Shown one piece after another: positions 24,093 to 31,941 of a DNA stretch of 32,000 bases. A model generated the notes under the pieces. That model ran no database searches and had not been told where the DNA came from. It saw only the letters and a program-made list of their open reading frames with translations. Within the stretch, counting starts at the first letter, position 1. Every line of letters starts with the position of its first letter. Source of the stretch: Flavobacterium alvei. GTDB lineage: Bacteria; Bacteroidota; Bacteroidia; Flavobacteriales; Flavobacteriaceae. The DNA is taken from positions 259,879 to 291,878 of the forward strand of contig NZ_PQVG01000003.1 in NCBI RefSeq assembly GCF_002920895.1, read 5' to 3'. Position numbers and translations under genes: made by a program.

Positions 24093-26255
24093 ATGAACCA
24101 TTTATTTTATTTACAAAGACTAAAGTCCAAAGTCCAAAGTCCAAAGTCCAAACTTTTTATAACATCTAGTTTCTTTGTTCTAACTTCTATTTTCTCTACT
24201 GCACAAGAAAAACCAAAAGACACTACTAAAGTCAATCAACTTGACGAAGTTTTGGTCTCTGCAGTTCGTGTAACTACAAAAACGCCTGTTTCTTTTAGTA
24301 ATCTAGACAAAAAGGAAATTAAAACCCGAAATTTAGGGCAAGATATTCCTATTTTGATGAACTATTTGCCCTCAGTAGTGACCACCTCCGATGCTGGAAA
24401 TGGTGTGGGTTATACCGGAATTCGAGTTCGTGGTAGCGATGCCACTCGGGTAAACGTGACCATCAACGGAATACCTTATAACGATTCTGAAAGCCACGGA
24501 ACCTATTGGGTCAATATGCCCGATTTTGCTTCTTCATTAGAAAGTATTCAATTGCAACGCGGAGTTGGAACTTCTACTAATGGTGCTGGAGCTTTTGGAG
24601 CCAGTTTGAATATGCTGACTGAAACGTATTCTAAAAAAGCAACAGCCGAAATTTCAAGTTCATTAGGGAGTTTTAATACTAATAAAAACACAGTAAAATT
24701 CAGTACAGGTTTATTGAACAACCATTTTGAAATGGCAGGACGTTTGTCTGTATTAAAATCTGATGGATATATTGATAGAGCCAGTTCTAATTTGAAATCC
24801 TATTTTCTGCAAGGAACCTATATCGGAAATACAACCTTAATCAAAGCTTTGGTTTTTGGAGGAACTGAAAAAACATACCAATCTTGGAACGGAATTGATG
24901 CTGCAACAATGGCAACTGATAGAACTTTCAACTCGGCAGGAATATATACTGACGAAGCAGGAAAAACTCGTTTTTATGACAATGAAACCGATAATTATAA
25001 GCAAGACCATTATCAATTGCATTGGAACGAAAAGCTATCCGAAAATTGGAGTACCAATCTAGCGTTTCATTATACCAAAGGGAAAGGATATTATGAAAAC
25101 TATAAAGAAGATGCTAAATTTTCGAGTTATGGATTAACTCCAATTGTTATTGGCGGGACAACCATAAATACAACCGATTTGGTACGTCAGAAATGGTTGG
25201 ATAACGATTTTTATGGCACTACTTTTTCAGCTAATTACAAAAGTGAAAAACTGGATGTAATTCTTGGCGGTGGATGGAACAAATACGAAGGCGTGCATTT
25301 TGGCAAAGTAATTTGGGCTAGATATGCTTCGCAAAGCGAATTGGGCGACCGTTATTATGAAGATCAAGCAACCAAAACCGACGGAAATATTTTTGCTAAA
25401 GCCAATTATCAAATCACCCCAAAAATAAGTTTGTTTGGTGATTTACAACTGCGAAATGTAACTTACAAAGCCAACAGTTGGGAAACAGGAACAGTCGATG
25501 ATACCTTTACTTTCTTCAATCCAAAGGCAGGTTTGAATTATGATATTGATGCAAAGAACAAATTGTATTTCTCCTACGCAAGAGCCAATCGCGAGCCGAA
25601 TCGAACCGATTATGAAAATGGAAACCCCAAACCTGAAAAGCTAAATGACTATGAATTGGGCTGGAGATGGAATGCTGAGAAAGTAAAAATCAATACAAAT
25701 ATTTATTATATGGCCTACAAAGACCAACTGATTTTGACTGGAAAACTAGACGATGTAGGAAGTCCAATTCGTTCTAACAGCGATACAAGTTACCGTTTGG
25801 GGTTAGAAGTTGATGCAACAATTCAATTGTCTAAAAAGTTTATTATTCGACCTAATTTTACTTTGAGTGATAATAAAAATGTCGATATGAATATTGGGTT
25901 AGGAGATGTAACCACTAATATTGCTTATTCACCTTCGGTAATTTTCGGAAATATTCTAGTGTATTCTCCAATAGAGCAATTGCATATTTCGTTGTTGCAA
26001 AAATTTGTTGGAGATCAGTTTATGAACAATTTTGATTCAGTAGAATCCAGATTGCCAGATTATTTTGTCAACGATCTTAACATTGTATATTCCATAAAAC
26101 CTAAAACCATTTTCAAAGAAATAGTTTTAACAGGTTTGGTCAATAATATGTTGAACAAGAAATATGTGTCAAATGGCTATATGTGGGATGTCTATCCGTA
26201 TTATTATCCTCAATCAGGAATTAATTTCTTGGCAGGAATGACTTTGAAGTTTTAG
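24093..26255 (+). CDS. TonB-dependent outer-membrane receptor (likely thiamine or thiamine-precursor uptake)
   Basis: 720-aa ORF with a signal peptide, a TonB-box/plug region (LDEVLVSAVRV...GIRVRGS) and a C-terminal beta-barrel ending in F. It is preceded by the TPP riboswitch. Confidence 0.88.
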   Translation: MNHLFYLQRLKSKVQSPKSKLFITSSFFVLTSIFSTAQEKPKDTTKVNQLDEVLVSAVRVTTKTPVSFSNLDKKEIKTRNLGQDIPILMNYLPSVVTTSDAGNGVGYTGIRVRGSDATRVNVTINGIPYNDSESHGTYWVNMPDFASSLESIQLQRGVGTSTNGAGAFGASLNMLTETYSKKATAEISSSLGSFNTNKNTVKFSTGLLNNHFEMAGRLSVLKSDGYIDRASSNLKSYFLQGTYIGNTTLIKALVFGGTEKTYQSWNGIDAATMATDRTFNSAGIYTDEAGKTRFYDNETDNYKQDHYQLHWNEKLSENWSTNLAFHYTKGKGYYENYKEDAKFSSYGLTPIVIGGTTINTTDLVRQKWLDNDFYGTTFSANYKSEKLDVILGGGWNKYEGVHFGKVIWARYASQSELGDRYYEDQATKTDGNIFAKANYQITPKISLFGDLQLRNVTYKANSWETGTVDDTFTFFNPKAGLNYDIDAKNKLYFSYARANREPNRTDYENGNPKPEKLNDYELGWRWNAEKVKINTNIYYMAYKDQLILTGKLDDVGSPIRSNSDTSYRLGLEVDATIQLSKKFIIRPNFTLSDNKNVDMNIGLGDVTTNIAYSPSVIFGNILVYSPIEQLHISLLQKFVGDQFMNNFDSVESRLPDYFVNDLNIVYSIKPKTIFKEIVLTGLVNNMLNKKYVSNGYMWDVYPYYYPQSGINFLAGMTLKF
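24115..24152 (+). repeat. Heptanucleotide tandem repeat (AAAGTCC)x4 plus degenerate flanking copies, inside the 5' end of the receptor ORF
   Basis: Read directly: aaagact aaagtcc aaagtcc aaagtcc aaagtcc aaa. It encodes the KSKVQSPKSK n-region of the signal peptide. Confidence 0.85.
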
Positions 26256-26278
26256 ATTATTTTTATAATGCTTTGTTG

Positions 26279-26315
26279 AATCCTGGCAGTTATTTCAAAC
26301 TGTCAGGATTTTTTT
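26279..26315. terminator. Bidirectional terminator between the receptor and the convergent lipoprotein gene
   Basis: aatcctggcag / ctgtcaggatt: an 11-bp stem with one G-T pair, followed by a T-run. Confidence 0.65.
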
Positions 26316-26316
26316 G

Positions 26317-26766
26317 CTAATTGTAAATGCGTAATACTTCTCCGTTAACCTCCACGCGATATTGCTTCAATGGATATTGTTTGCCAGCACTTTGACCTGA
26401 AAACAAACTGTATTCTGCGTTGTCGCAAGGGCAAACAATTGTTGTTTTGTCAATTTTTAATGGGTCATTAGGGTCTAATTTTTTGAAATTCATTGTAGAA
26501 CAACTTGTCAATGCTTGGTTAGGACAAGCACCATCAAAGGCAACATAACCACTTCCAGTATTGAAAATATACAAACCTCTAGCGCCTTGACTTGGGTAAT
26601 AAACAGCATTACTCACGAATTTTAGACTGGAATAAGCAGGCAAACTCATGTTAATATCAAGAGTAAAAGAGTAATTCGGGATGTAAGGATTGTTGTTATT
26701 CGTAGAATTCGTGTCGCAACCAAAAAGCAATGGAAAGGCAATCAAGAGAAGAAGATATTTTTTCAT
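26317..26766 (-). CDS. Lipoprotein with a degenerate Rieske-like domain
   Basis: 149-aa ORF with a lipobox (LLFGC). It has the Rieske-like boxes DGACPNQ and VCPCDNAEYS, but the positions of both His ligands are substituted (N and D). Confidence 0.55.
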   Translation of the reverse strand: MKKYLLLLIAFPLLFGCDTNSTNNNNPYIPNYSFTLDINMSLPAYSSLKFVSNAVYYPSQGARGLYIFNTGSGYVAFDGACPNQALTSCSTMNFKKLDPNDPLKIDKTTIVCPCDNAEYSLFSGQSAGKQYPLKQYRVEVNGEVLRIYN

Positions 26767-26868
26767 TATTCAGAATATAATTGATTTATTAGTCAGACAA
26801 ATTTAATTTATTTAGTTTTTAAATGGATATGTTTAACTTATATTTATAGATTAAAATAAAAATAGTAC

Positions 26869-26876
26869 TATCTTTG
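26869..26876 (+). promoter_or_regulatory. -7 promoter box (TATCTTTG) for greA
   Basis: TAnnTTTG match 56 nt upstream of the greA ATG. Confidence 0.4.
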
Positions 26877-26883
26877 TGAAAAG

Positions 26884-26908
26884 AAATCCCGTCCTGATGG
26901 GATTTTTT
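26884..26908 (+). promoter_or_regulatory. Terminator-like hairpin plus T-run in the greA leader
   Basis: aaatccc-gtcctgat-gggattt followed by ttt. It begins about 8 nt after the -7 box. Confidence 0.45.
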
Positions 26909-26932
26909 CTATTTTATATAAATGATGAAGTT

Positions 26933-27409
26933 ATGACGAAAGTATCTTATTACACAGCCGAAGGATTAAAAAAATTAAGAGACGAACTAGACTATTTAAA
27001 AAGCGTGATGCGTCCAAAAGCATCTCAAGATATAGCAGATGCAAGAGATAAAGGCGATTTATCCGAAAATGCCGAATACGATGCTGCCAAAGAGGCACAA
27101 GGAATGTTGGAAATGCGAATTGCTAAGCTAGAAGAAGTACATTCGAATGCGAGATTAATTGACGAAACTCAATTAGATATGTCAAAAGTTTTGGTATTAT
27201 CGAACGTGAAAATCAAGAACCAAACCAATGGAATGGAAATGAAATACACACTTGTGGCCGAAAGTGAAGCTGATTTGAAGACCGGAAAAATCTCTGTGAC
27301 TTCACCAATTGGTCGAGGTTTGTTGGGAAAATCTGTTGGAGAAGTTGCTGAAATCACAGTCCCAAACGGTGTTCTGAAATTTGAAATATTAGAAGTTTCG
27401 AGAGACTAA
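26933..27409 (+). CDS. greA: Transcription elongation factor GreA
   Basis: I prefer the ATG at 26933 (MTKVSYYTAEGLKKLRDEL). It has the coiled-coil acidic tip DLSENAEYDAAKEAQ and the C-terminal domain motif SPIGRGLLGK. Confidence 0.93.
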   Translation: MTKVSYYTAEGLKKLRDELDYLKSVMRPKASQDIADARDKGDLSENAEYDAAKEAQGMLEMRIAKLEEVHSNARLIDETQLDMSKVLVLSNVKIKNQTNGMEMKYTLVAESEADLKTGKISVTSPIGRGLLGKSVGEVAEITVPNGVLKFEILEVSRD

Positions 27410-27410
27410 T

Positions 27411-27490
27411 TTTTTGTTTAAGAGTTTAAAAATTGTTTGAAGGTTTAAGTTGTTTTTAGAAGTTTAAACCTTTAAACTATTTTAAACAAA
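27411..27490. repeat. GTTTAA/TTTAAAC word repeats between greA and the HIT gene
   Basis: Read directly. 27462-27477 (tttaaacctttaaact) is identical to 5486-5501. Confidence 0.8.
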
Positions 27491-27508
27491 ATAGTAAATT
27501 TATTAAAA

Positions 27509-27895
27509 ATGACAGTTTTTACTAAAATCATAAACGGAGAAATTCCTTGCTACAAAATAGCCGAGGACGAAAATTTCTTTGCTTTTTTGGATATTAATCC
27601 AAATGCAAAAGGACATACTTTATGTGTTCCAAAACAAGAAATAGATAAATTATTCGATCTCGATGACACTACTTATCTTGGGCTAATGCAGTTCTCCAAA
27701 AAAATTGCAGCAGCACTCAAAAAAACAGTTCCTTGCGATAGAATTGGAATGACTGTCATAGGACTTGAAGTGCCACACGCTCACGTTCATTTGATTCCTT
27801 TGAACGAAATGCGAGAAATGACATTCAAACATAAAGTGAATTTGACTAAAGAAGAATTTGAAGTTTTGGCTAAGGAAATTCAGGCTAATTTGTAA
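27509..27895 (+). CDS. HIT family protein
   Basis: 128-aa ORF with the histidine triad HAHVHLIP. Confidence 0.9.
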   Translation: MTVFTKIINGEIPCYKIAEDENFFAFLDINPNAKGHTLCVPKQEIDKLFDLDDTTYLGLMQFSKKIAAALKKTVPCDRIGMTVIGLEVPHAHVHLIPLNEMREMTFKHKVNLTKEEFEVLAKEIQANL

Positions 27896-27942
27896 GGAAA
27901 GTGAGTTGTAAAATAAAAAACACTAAACTAAAACACGACAAA

Positions 27943-29088
27943 TCAATTTTTTAGAATACTCACTTGCATTGTCGTTCCTTTTCCAATTTCAGAATGCAAG
28001 ACTTTTATTGTTCCTTTATGGTACTCTTCGACAATTCTTTTGGTTAGCGAAAGTCCTAAACCCCAACCTCTTTTTTTGGTCGTAAAACCAGGTTCGAAGA
28101 CGCTTTTGTATTGGTTTTTTGGAATTCCACTTCCTGTATCCGATACTTTTATTTTTACAAATTCGCCCTCTTCTTCAACAGAAACAGATAACTTTCCGCG
28201 ACCTTTCATGGCGTCAATAGCATTTTTTACAAGATTTTCTATTGTCCAGCCGTGTAAAGTGGGATTGAAAGAAGCAAATATTGGATTATCAGGACCTTTG
28301 AATGAGAACTCCACTTGTTTTGAAAATCGGGATTGCAAATATTTATACGATTGATGGGTTTCTTCAACAATATCTCTGTTTTCGAGTTTAGGTTCTGAGC
28401 CAATTTTCGAAAAACGTTCGGTGATGGTTTGCAAGCGTTCAATATCTTTCTCGATTTCATCGGTTGTCGATTTATCGATATTTTCAGATTTAAGAATTTC
28501 GACCCAGCCTACTAATGATGTCAATGGTGTGCCAATTTGATGCGCAGTTTCTTTGGCCATTCCTGCCCAAAGCTTGTTTTGAGTTGCCATTTTGGTACTC
28601 TTATAAAAATTATAAACCAATGCTGCAAACAAGATAATGATGAGTAATAAAGCAATAGGATAATATTTGAGTTTTTTCAATAACTCTGAATCTCCATAAT
28701 ATATTTTTTGAAATTTTCCGGGCACATATTCAATAATGATGGGGTCGTTTTCATTTTTTAGTCCAGACAAAAAGGCATTTGCTCTTTTTTTATCCTCAAT
28801 AATTTTCTCGTCTATATTTTTAGAATTGATGATGCTGTCGTTCTCCGTTAGCATAATCGGAATAGAAGTATTGTTGCTGAAAATTTGAAGGGGAAGTTCT
28901 AAGTCAGTGTTTTCTCCAGCATTGATTAGAATTTTTTCAGCATTGGCCCAAAGACTCATTTTCAATCGTTCTTCGTGTTTGAAAATCTGAAAAAAAGTAT
29001 AGGTGTTCCAAAGTATTAATGAAATAATAAAAAAGGAAGCAAAAATAATAATCCAACGACTGGTGTTTCTACTTTTGGAAAACTGCAT
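27943..29088 (-). CDS. Sensor histidine kinase
   Basis: 381-aa ORF with two TM segments, an H-box (ETAHQIGTPLTSL), an N-box (NLVKNAIDA) and G-boxes (DTGSGIP, GWGLGLSL). No adjacent response regulator. Confidence 0.9.
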   Translation of the reverse strand: MQFSKSRNTSRWIIIFASFFIISLILWNTYTFFQIFKHEERLKMSLWANAEKILINAGENTDLELPLQIFSNNTSIPIMLTENDSIINSKNIDEKIIEDKKRANAFLSGLKNENDPIIIEYVPGKFQKIYYGDSELLKKLKYYPIALLLIIILFAALVYNFYKSTKMATQNKLWAGMAKETAHQIGTPLTSLVGWVEILKSENIDKSTTDEIEKDIERLQTITERFSKIGSEPKLENRDIVEETHQSYKYLQSRFSKQVEFSFKGPDNPIFASFNPTLHGWTIENLVKNAIDAMKGRGKLSVSVEEEGEFVKIKVSDTGSGIPKNQYKSVFEPGFTTKKRGWGLGLSLTKRIVEEYHKGTIKVLHSEIGKGTTMQVSILKN

Positions 29089-29238
29089 AAATTAATTTTT
29101 GAGGCATAAATATAACGAAATAATTTAAGTATGATTGTGTTTATTTGGGAGTTATTCTTTTTAGAGAATATCCGAAAACAATCGAATTAAAATATTTTCT
29201 GAAAATTGTATTTAATTTGAAACTAACTGATAAAATAC

Positions 29239-29246
29239 TATATTTG
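29239..29246 (+). promoter_or_regulatory. -7 promoter box (TATATTTG)
   Basis: TAnnTTTG match 28 nt upstream of the ATG at 29275. Confidence 0.4.
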
Positions 29247-29274
29247 TGTATCACAAAAAAAATAAAAAATTAAG

Positions 29275-29652
29275 ATGGAAGTTATAGGGAAAATCAAAAT
29301 GATTGATCAAACCAAAGAGGTTGGGTCATCGGGTTTCAAAAAAAGAGATGTTGTTGTTACAACTGACGAACAATATCCACAACATATTTTGGTTCAGTTT
29401 GTTCAAGACAAATGTGATTTGTTGAATAATTATCAAGTAGGCGAAGCTGTAAAAATTGACATTAATTTAAGAGGTCGTGAATGGACTAATCCACAAGGAG
29501 AAACCGTTTATTTTAATACTATTCAAGGATGGAGAATAGCAAAAGCACAAGCAGAAGCTCCTGCGGCTCCAGCGCCACCAATACCTGCCGCTGCAGCATT
29601 TCCGCCAGCAACAAGCATCAACGAAGATGAACCAGACGATTTACCGTTCTAA
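29275..29652 (+). CDS. DUF3127-like small protein with SSB-like architecture
   Basis: 125-aa ORF. A beta-rich core of about 90 aa is followed by a Pro/Ala linker (AEAPAAPAPPIPAAAAFPPA) and an acidic tip, EDEPDDLPF. Confidence 0.7.
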   Translation: MEVIGKIKMIDQTKEVGSSGFKKRDVVVTTDEQYPQHILVQFVQDKCDLLNNYQVGEAVKIDINLRGREWTNPQGETVYFNTIQGWRIAKAQAEAPAAPAPPIPAAAAFPPATSINEDEPDDLPF

Positions 29653-29660
29653 ATAAAACT

Positions 29661-29694
29661 AAAAAATCCTTGAAATTTTCAAGGATTTTTTTTG
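29661..29694. terminator. Bidirectional rho-independent terminator
   Basis: aaaaa-atccttgaaa-t-tttcaaggat-tttttttt: a palindrome flanked by an A-run and a T-run, between convergent genes. Confidence 0.7.
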
Positions 29695-29707
29695 GACTTT
29701 GACGAAA

Positions 29708-30445
29708 TTAATTCAACTGAATTAATGCTCCCATCCCGATTTGACTTCCAATTTGGGGATAAACAAAGGCCGTTGTTTTTTTCTTTTTACCCAAAGTCAT
29801 CGAATGAAACGGATTCCAATAGGAAACAATCAATCCTGATGCTAATCCGATTCCAGCTCCGGCAAGAACATCCGAAGTATAATGTTTGTTGTTAGCAATT
29901 CTAAGAACTCCAGTTGCTGTGGCAAACAAAAATCCGCTACTAGCATACCACAAATTTGAATCTTTGTATTCGTAATATAATAAAGAAGCGTTGGTAAAAG
30001 CTAGTGCCGTGTGGCCTGAAGGAAAACTTAAATTATCGGATTGATCGGGTCTTTCTTGGTTGGTAGTATTTTTTAGGGCGAAAACAGTGGTTCCCATAAT
30101 CAAATTGGCAACGACTATATTAATGGTTTGCTGTTTGAAATTGTTTTTGGGTTGAAATCCAAAGGTCTTTCCTAAATAAATTTGAGCAACAGGAACAAAT
30201 TGAAGATAATTATCAGCCGAAGTATGAAAATTGTCGCCAAACAATTTGTTAGCATTCTTTTGTAAATCATCATTCAGTTTAGTGTTCAAAAGCAAGGTTC
30301 CTGTGGTTATCAGGGCAGCGGGAGCAATAAGTTGTTTGTAAGTTATTTTTTCTTTGGGTTTTAGGCTTGAAATAGAATCTTTGGTTTGCGCATTTCCTAT
30401 GAAAACCAATAATAAAAATACAATAATAACAAGTTTTGATTTCAT
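29708..30445 (-). CDS. PAP2-family phosphatase (membrane)
   Basis: It has the three PAP2 motifs: ..QERPD, SFPSGHT and RIANNKHYTSDVLAG. I prefer the ATG at 30445 (MKSKLVIIVF...) over the TTG at 30508. Confidence 0.85.
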   Translation of the reverse strand: MKSKLVIIVFLLLVFIGNAQTKDSISSLKPKEKITYKQLIAPAALITTGTLLLNTKLNDDLQKNANKLFGDNFHTSADNYLQFVPVAQIYLGKTFGFQPKNNFKQQTINIVVANLIMGTTVFALKNTTNQERPDQSDNLSFPSGHTALAFTNASLLYYEYKDSNLWYASSGFLFATATGVLRIANNKHYTSDVLAGAGIGLASGLIVSYWNPFHSMTLGKKKKTTAFVYPQIGSQIGMGALIQLN

Positions 30446-30494
30446 AGATTTTAAGATTGATTTTTTTAAATGTAAATTAGCTTTGCCAAATTTA

Positions 30495-30502
30495 TACTTT
30501 TG
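30495..30502 (+). promoter_or_regulatory. -7 promoter box (TACTTTTG) for aat
   Basis: TAnnTTTG match 9 nt upstream of the ATG at 30512. This argues against the TTG start at 30500. Confidence 0.35.
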
Positions 30503-30511
30503 TTTCAAACT

Positions 30512-31156
30512 ATGTATTTATTAACCCAAGAATTATTTTTCCCTCCCGTTTCCGAAGCCAATGACGATGGAATTCTTGCTATTGGCGGCGATTTGTCTCC
30601 AAAACGATTATTATTGGCTTACCAAAGCGGCATTTTTCCTTGGTTTGAAGACGATGAACCTATTATTTGGTGGTCGCCCAATCCTAGAATGGTTTTATTT
30701 TTGGACGAATTGGTGGTTTCCAAAAGTATGCGAAACATCCTGAATCGGAATATTTTTAAAGTTACTTTCAATCAGAATTTTAGAGCCGTTATTTCCAATT
30801 GTCAAAACATAAAACGCAACGGTCAAAACGGAACTTGGATTACTAATGATATGATTGAAGGGTATTGCAAATTAAATGAAATGGGCATTGCCAAATCAGT
30901 CGAAGTTTGGCAAAACGAGGAATTAGTTGGCGGTTTGTACGGCATCGATTTGGGACATATTTTCTGTGGAGAAAGTATGTTTTCCAAAGTTTCAAATGCT
31001 TCTAAAGTGGCTTTTATTGCTTTGGTCGATCAATTAAAAGCCAATAATTATAAACTTTTAGACTGTCAGGTTTATAACGAACATTTGGAAAGTTTAGGCT
31101 GTCGAGAAATTGACAGAATTGATTTTATGAAAATACTAAAAAGTAAATCATTATGA
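30512..31156 (+). CDS. aat: Leucyl/phenylalanyl-tRNA--protein transferase
   Basis: Motifs GILAIGGDLSPKRLLLAYQSGIFPW, WWSPNPRMVL and GESMFS. Confidence 0.9.
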   Translation: MYLLTQELFFPPVSEANDDGILAIGGDLSPKRLLLAYQSGIFPWFEDDEPIIWWSPNPRMVLFLDELVVSKSMRNILNRNIFKVTFNQNFRAVISNCQNIKRNGQNGTWITNDMIEGYCKLNEMGIAKSVEVWQNEELVGGLYGIDLGHIFCGESMFSKVSNASKVAFIALVDQLKANNYKLLDCQVYNEHLESLGCREIDRIDFMKILKSKSL

Positions 31157-31941
31157 GTTATATCGTAACCGAATTATACATTTATCCCATCAAAAGTCTT
31201 GCAGGTATTGCTGTTTCCAGCGCCAAAGCACAAGAAATGGGTTTCGAAAATGACCGCAGATGGATGTTGATTGATCAGAATAATGAATTGATTACTCAGC
31301 GCGAACACCCTAATTTAAGTCAGTTTTATCCCGAGATTAACGAAGGTAAAATAACCATTTCGCATCAGGATTCAACCCACGAATTTTTTATGGATGAACA
31401 TATAGAAAAACCTATTTTTTCGAAAGTTTGGGACGATGATACTCAAGTTGTTGAAATAAGTAAATTGACTTCCCAATGGTTTAGCGATGCTTTGGGTTTT
31501 AGTTGTAAATTGGTTAAAATTTTAAATAATGGTGATCGAAAACACAGCAGTTCCCGATTGAATCAAACCTTGAATGTGAGCCTTGCCGACGCTTTTCCAT
31601 ATTTGCTAATTGGCTCTAAAAGTTTGGAATTTTTAAACGAAAGATTGGAAGAAAAAGTGAGCATTAAACGATTCAGACCCAATATTGTTATTAGTAGTTT
31701 AACCGCTCACGAAGAAGATTTTTTTGATACCTTTCAAATTGGAAATGTACAATTTAAAAACGCCAAACCTTGCGGCAGATGCGTGATGGTCAACAATAAT
31801 CCTGCAACGGCAAAAGTTGCTAAAGAACCGTTAAAAACCTTAAGCACCTACCGAACGTCGAATAATAATGTTTATTTTGGAACCAATATATTCTGTTTGA
31901 ATGAAGGGATTATTGCTGTTGGAGATGTTGTGAATTTCTAA
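31153..31941 (+). CDS. MOSC domain-containing protein
   Basis: 262-aa ORF with an N-terminal beta-barrel (LYIYPIKSL), RFRPNIVI and the conserved Cys context (KPCGRCVMV). It overlaps aat by 4 nt (atga). Confidence 0.88.
   Translation: MSYIVTELYIYPIKSLAGIAVSSAKAQEMGFENDRRWMLIDQNNELITQREHPNLSQFYPEINEGKITISHQDSTHEFFMDEHIEKPIFSKVWDDDTQVVEISKLTSQWFSDALGFSCKLVKILNNGDRKHSSSRLNQTLNVSLADAFPYLLIGSKSLEFLNERLEEKVSIKRFRPNIVISSLTAHEEDFFDTFQIGNVQFKNAKPCGRCVMVNNNPATAKVAKEPLKTLSTYRTSNNNVYFGTNIFCLNEGIIAVGDVVNF

Noticed and set aside
24115-24152. Whether the short tandem repeats here and in other spacers are CRISPR arrays
   Set aside because: The units are 7-9 nt and directly abutting, with no unique spacers. 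There is no leader and there are no cas genes. These are microsatellite-like repeats.
26884-26908. The greA-leader hairpin as the terminator of an upstream gene
   Set aside because: The only upstream neighbour (26317-26766) is on the minus strand and starts at 26766, running away from the hairpin. The plus-strand receptor gene already has its own terminator at 26279-26315.
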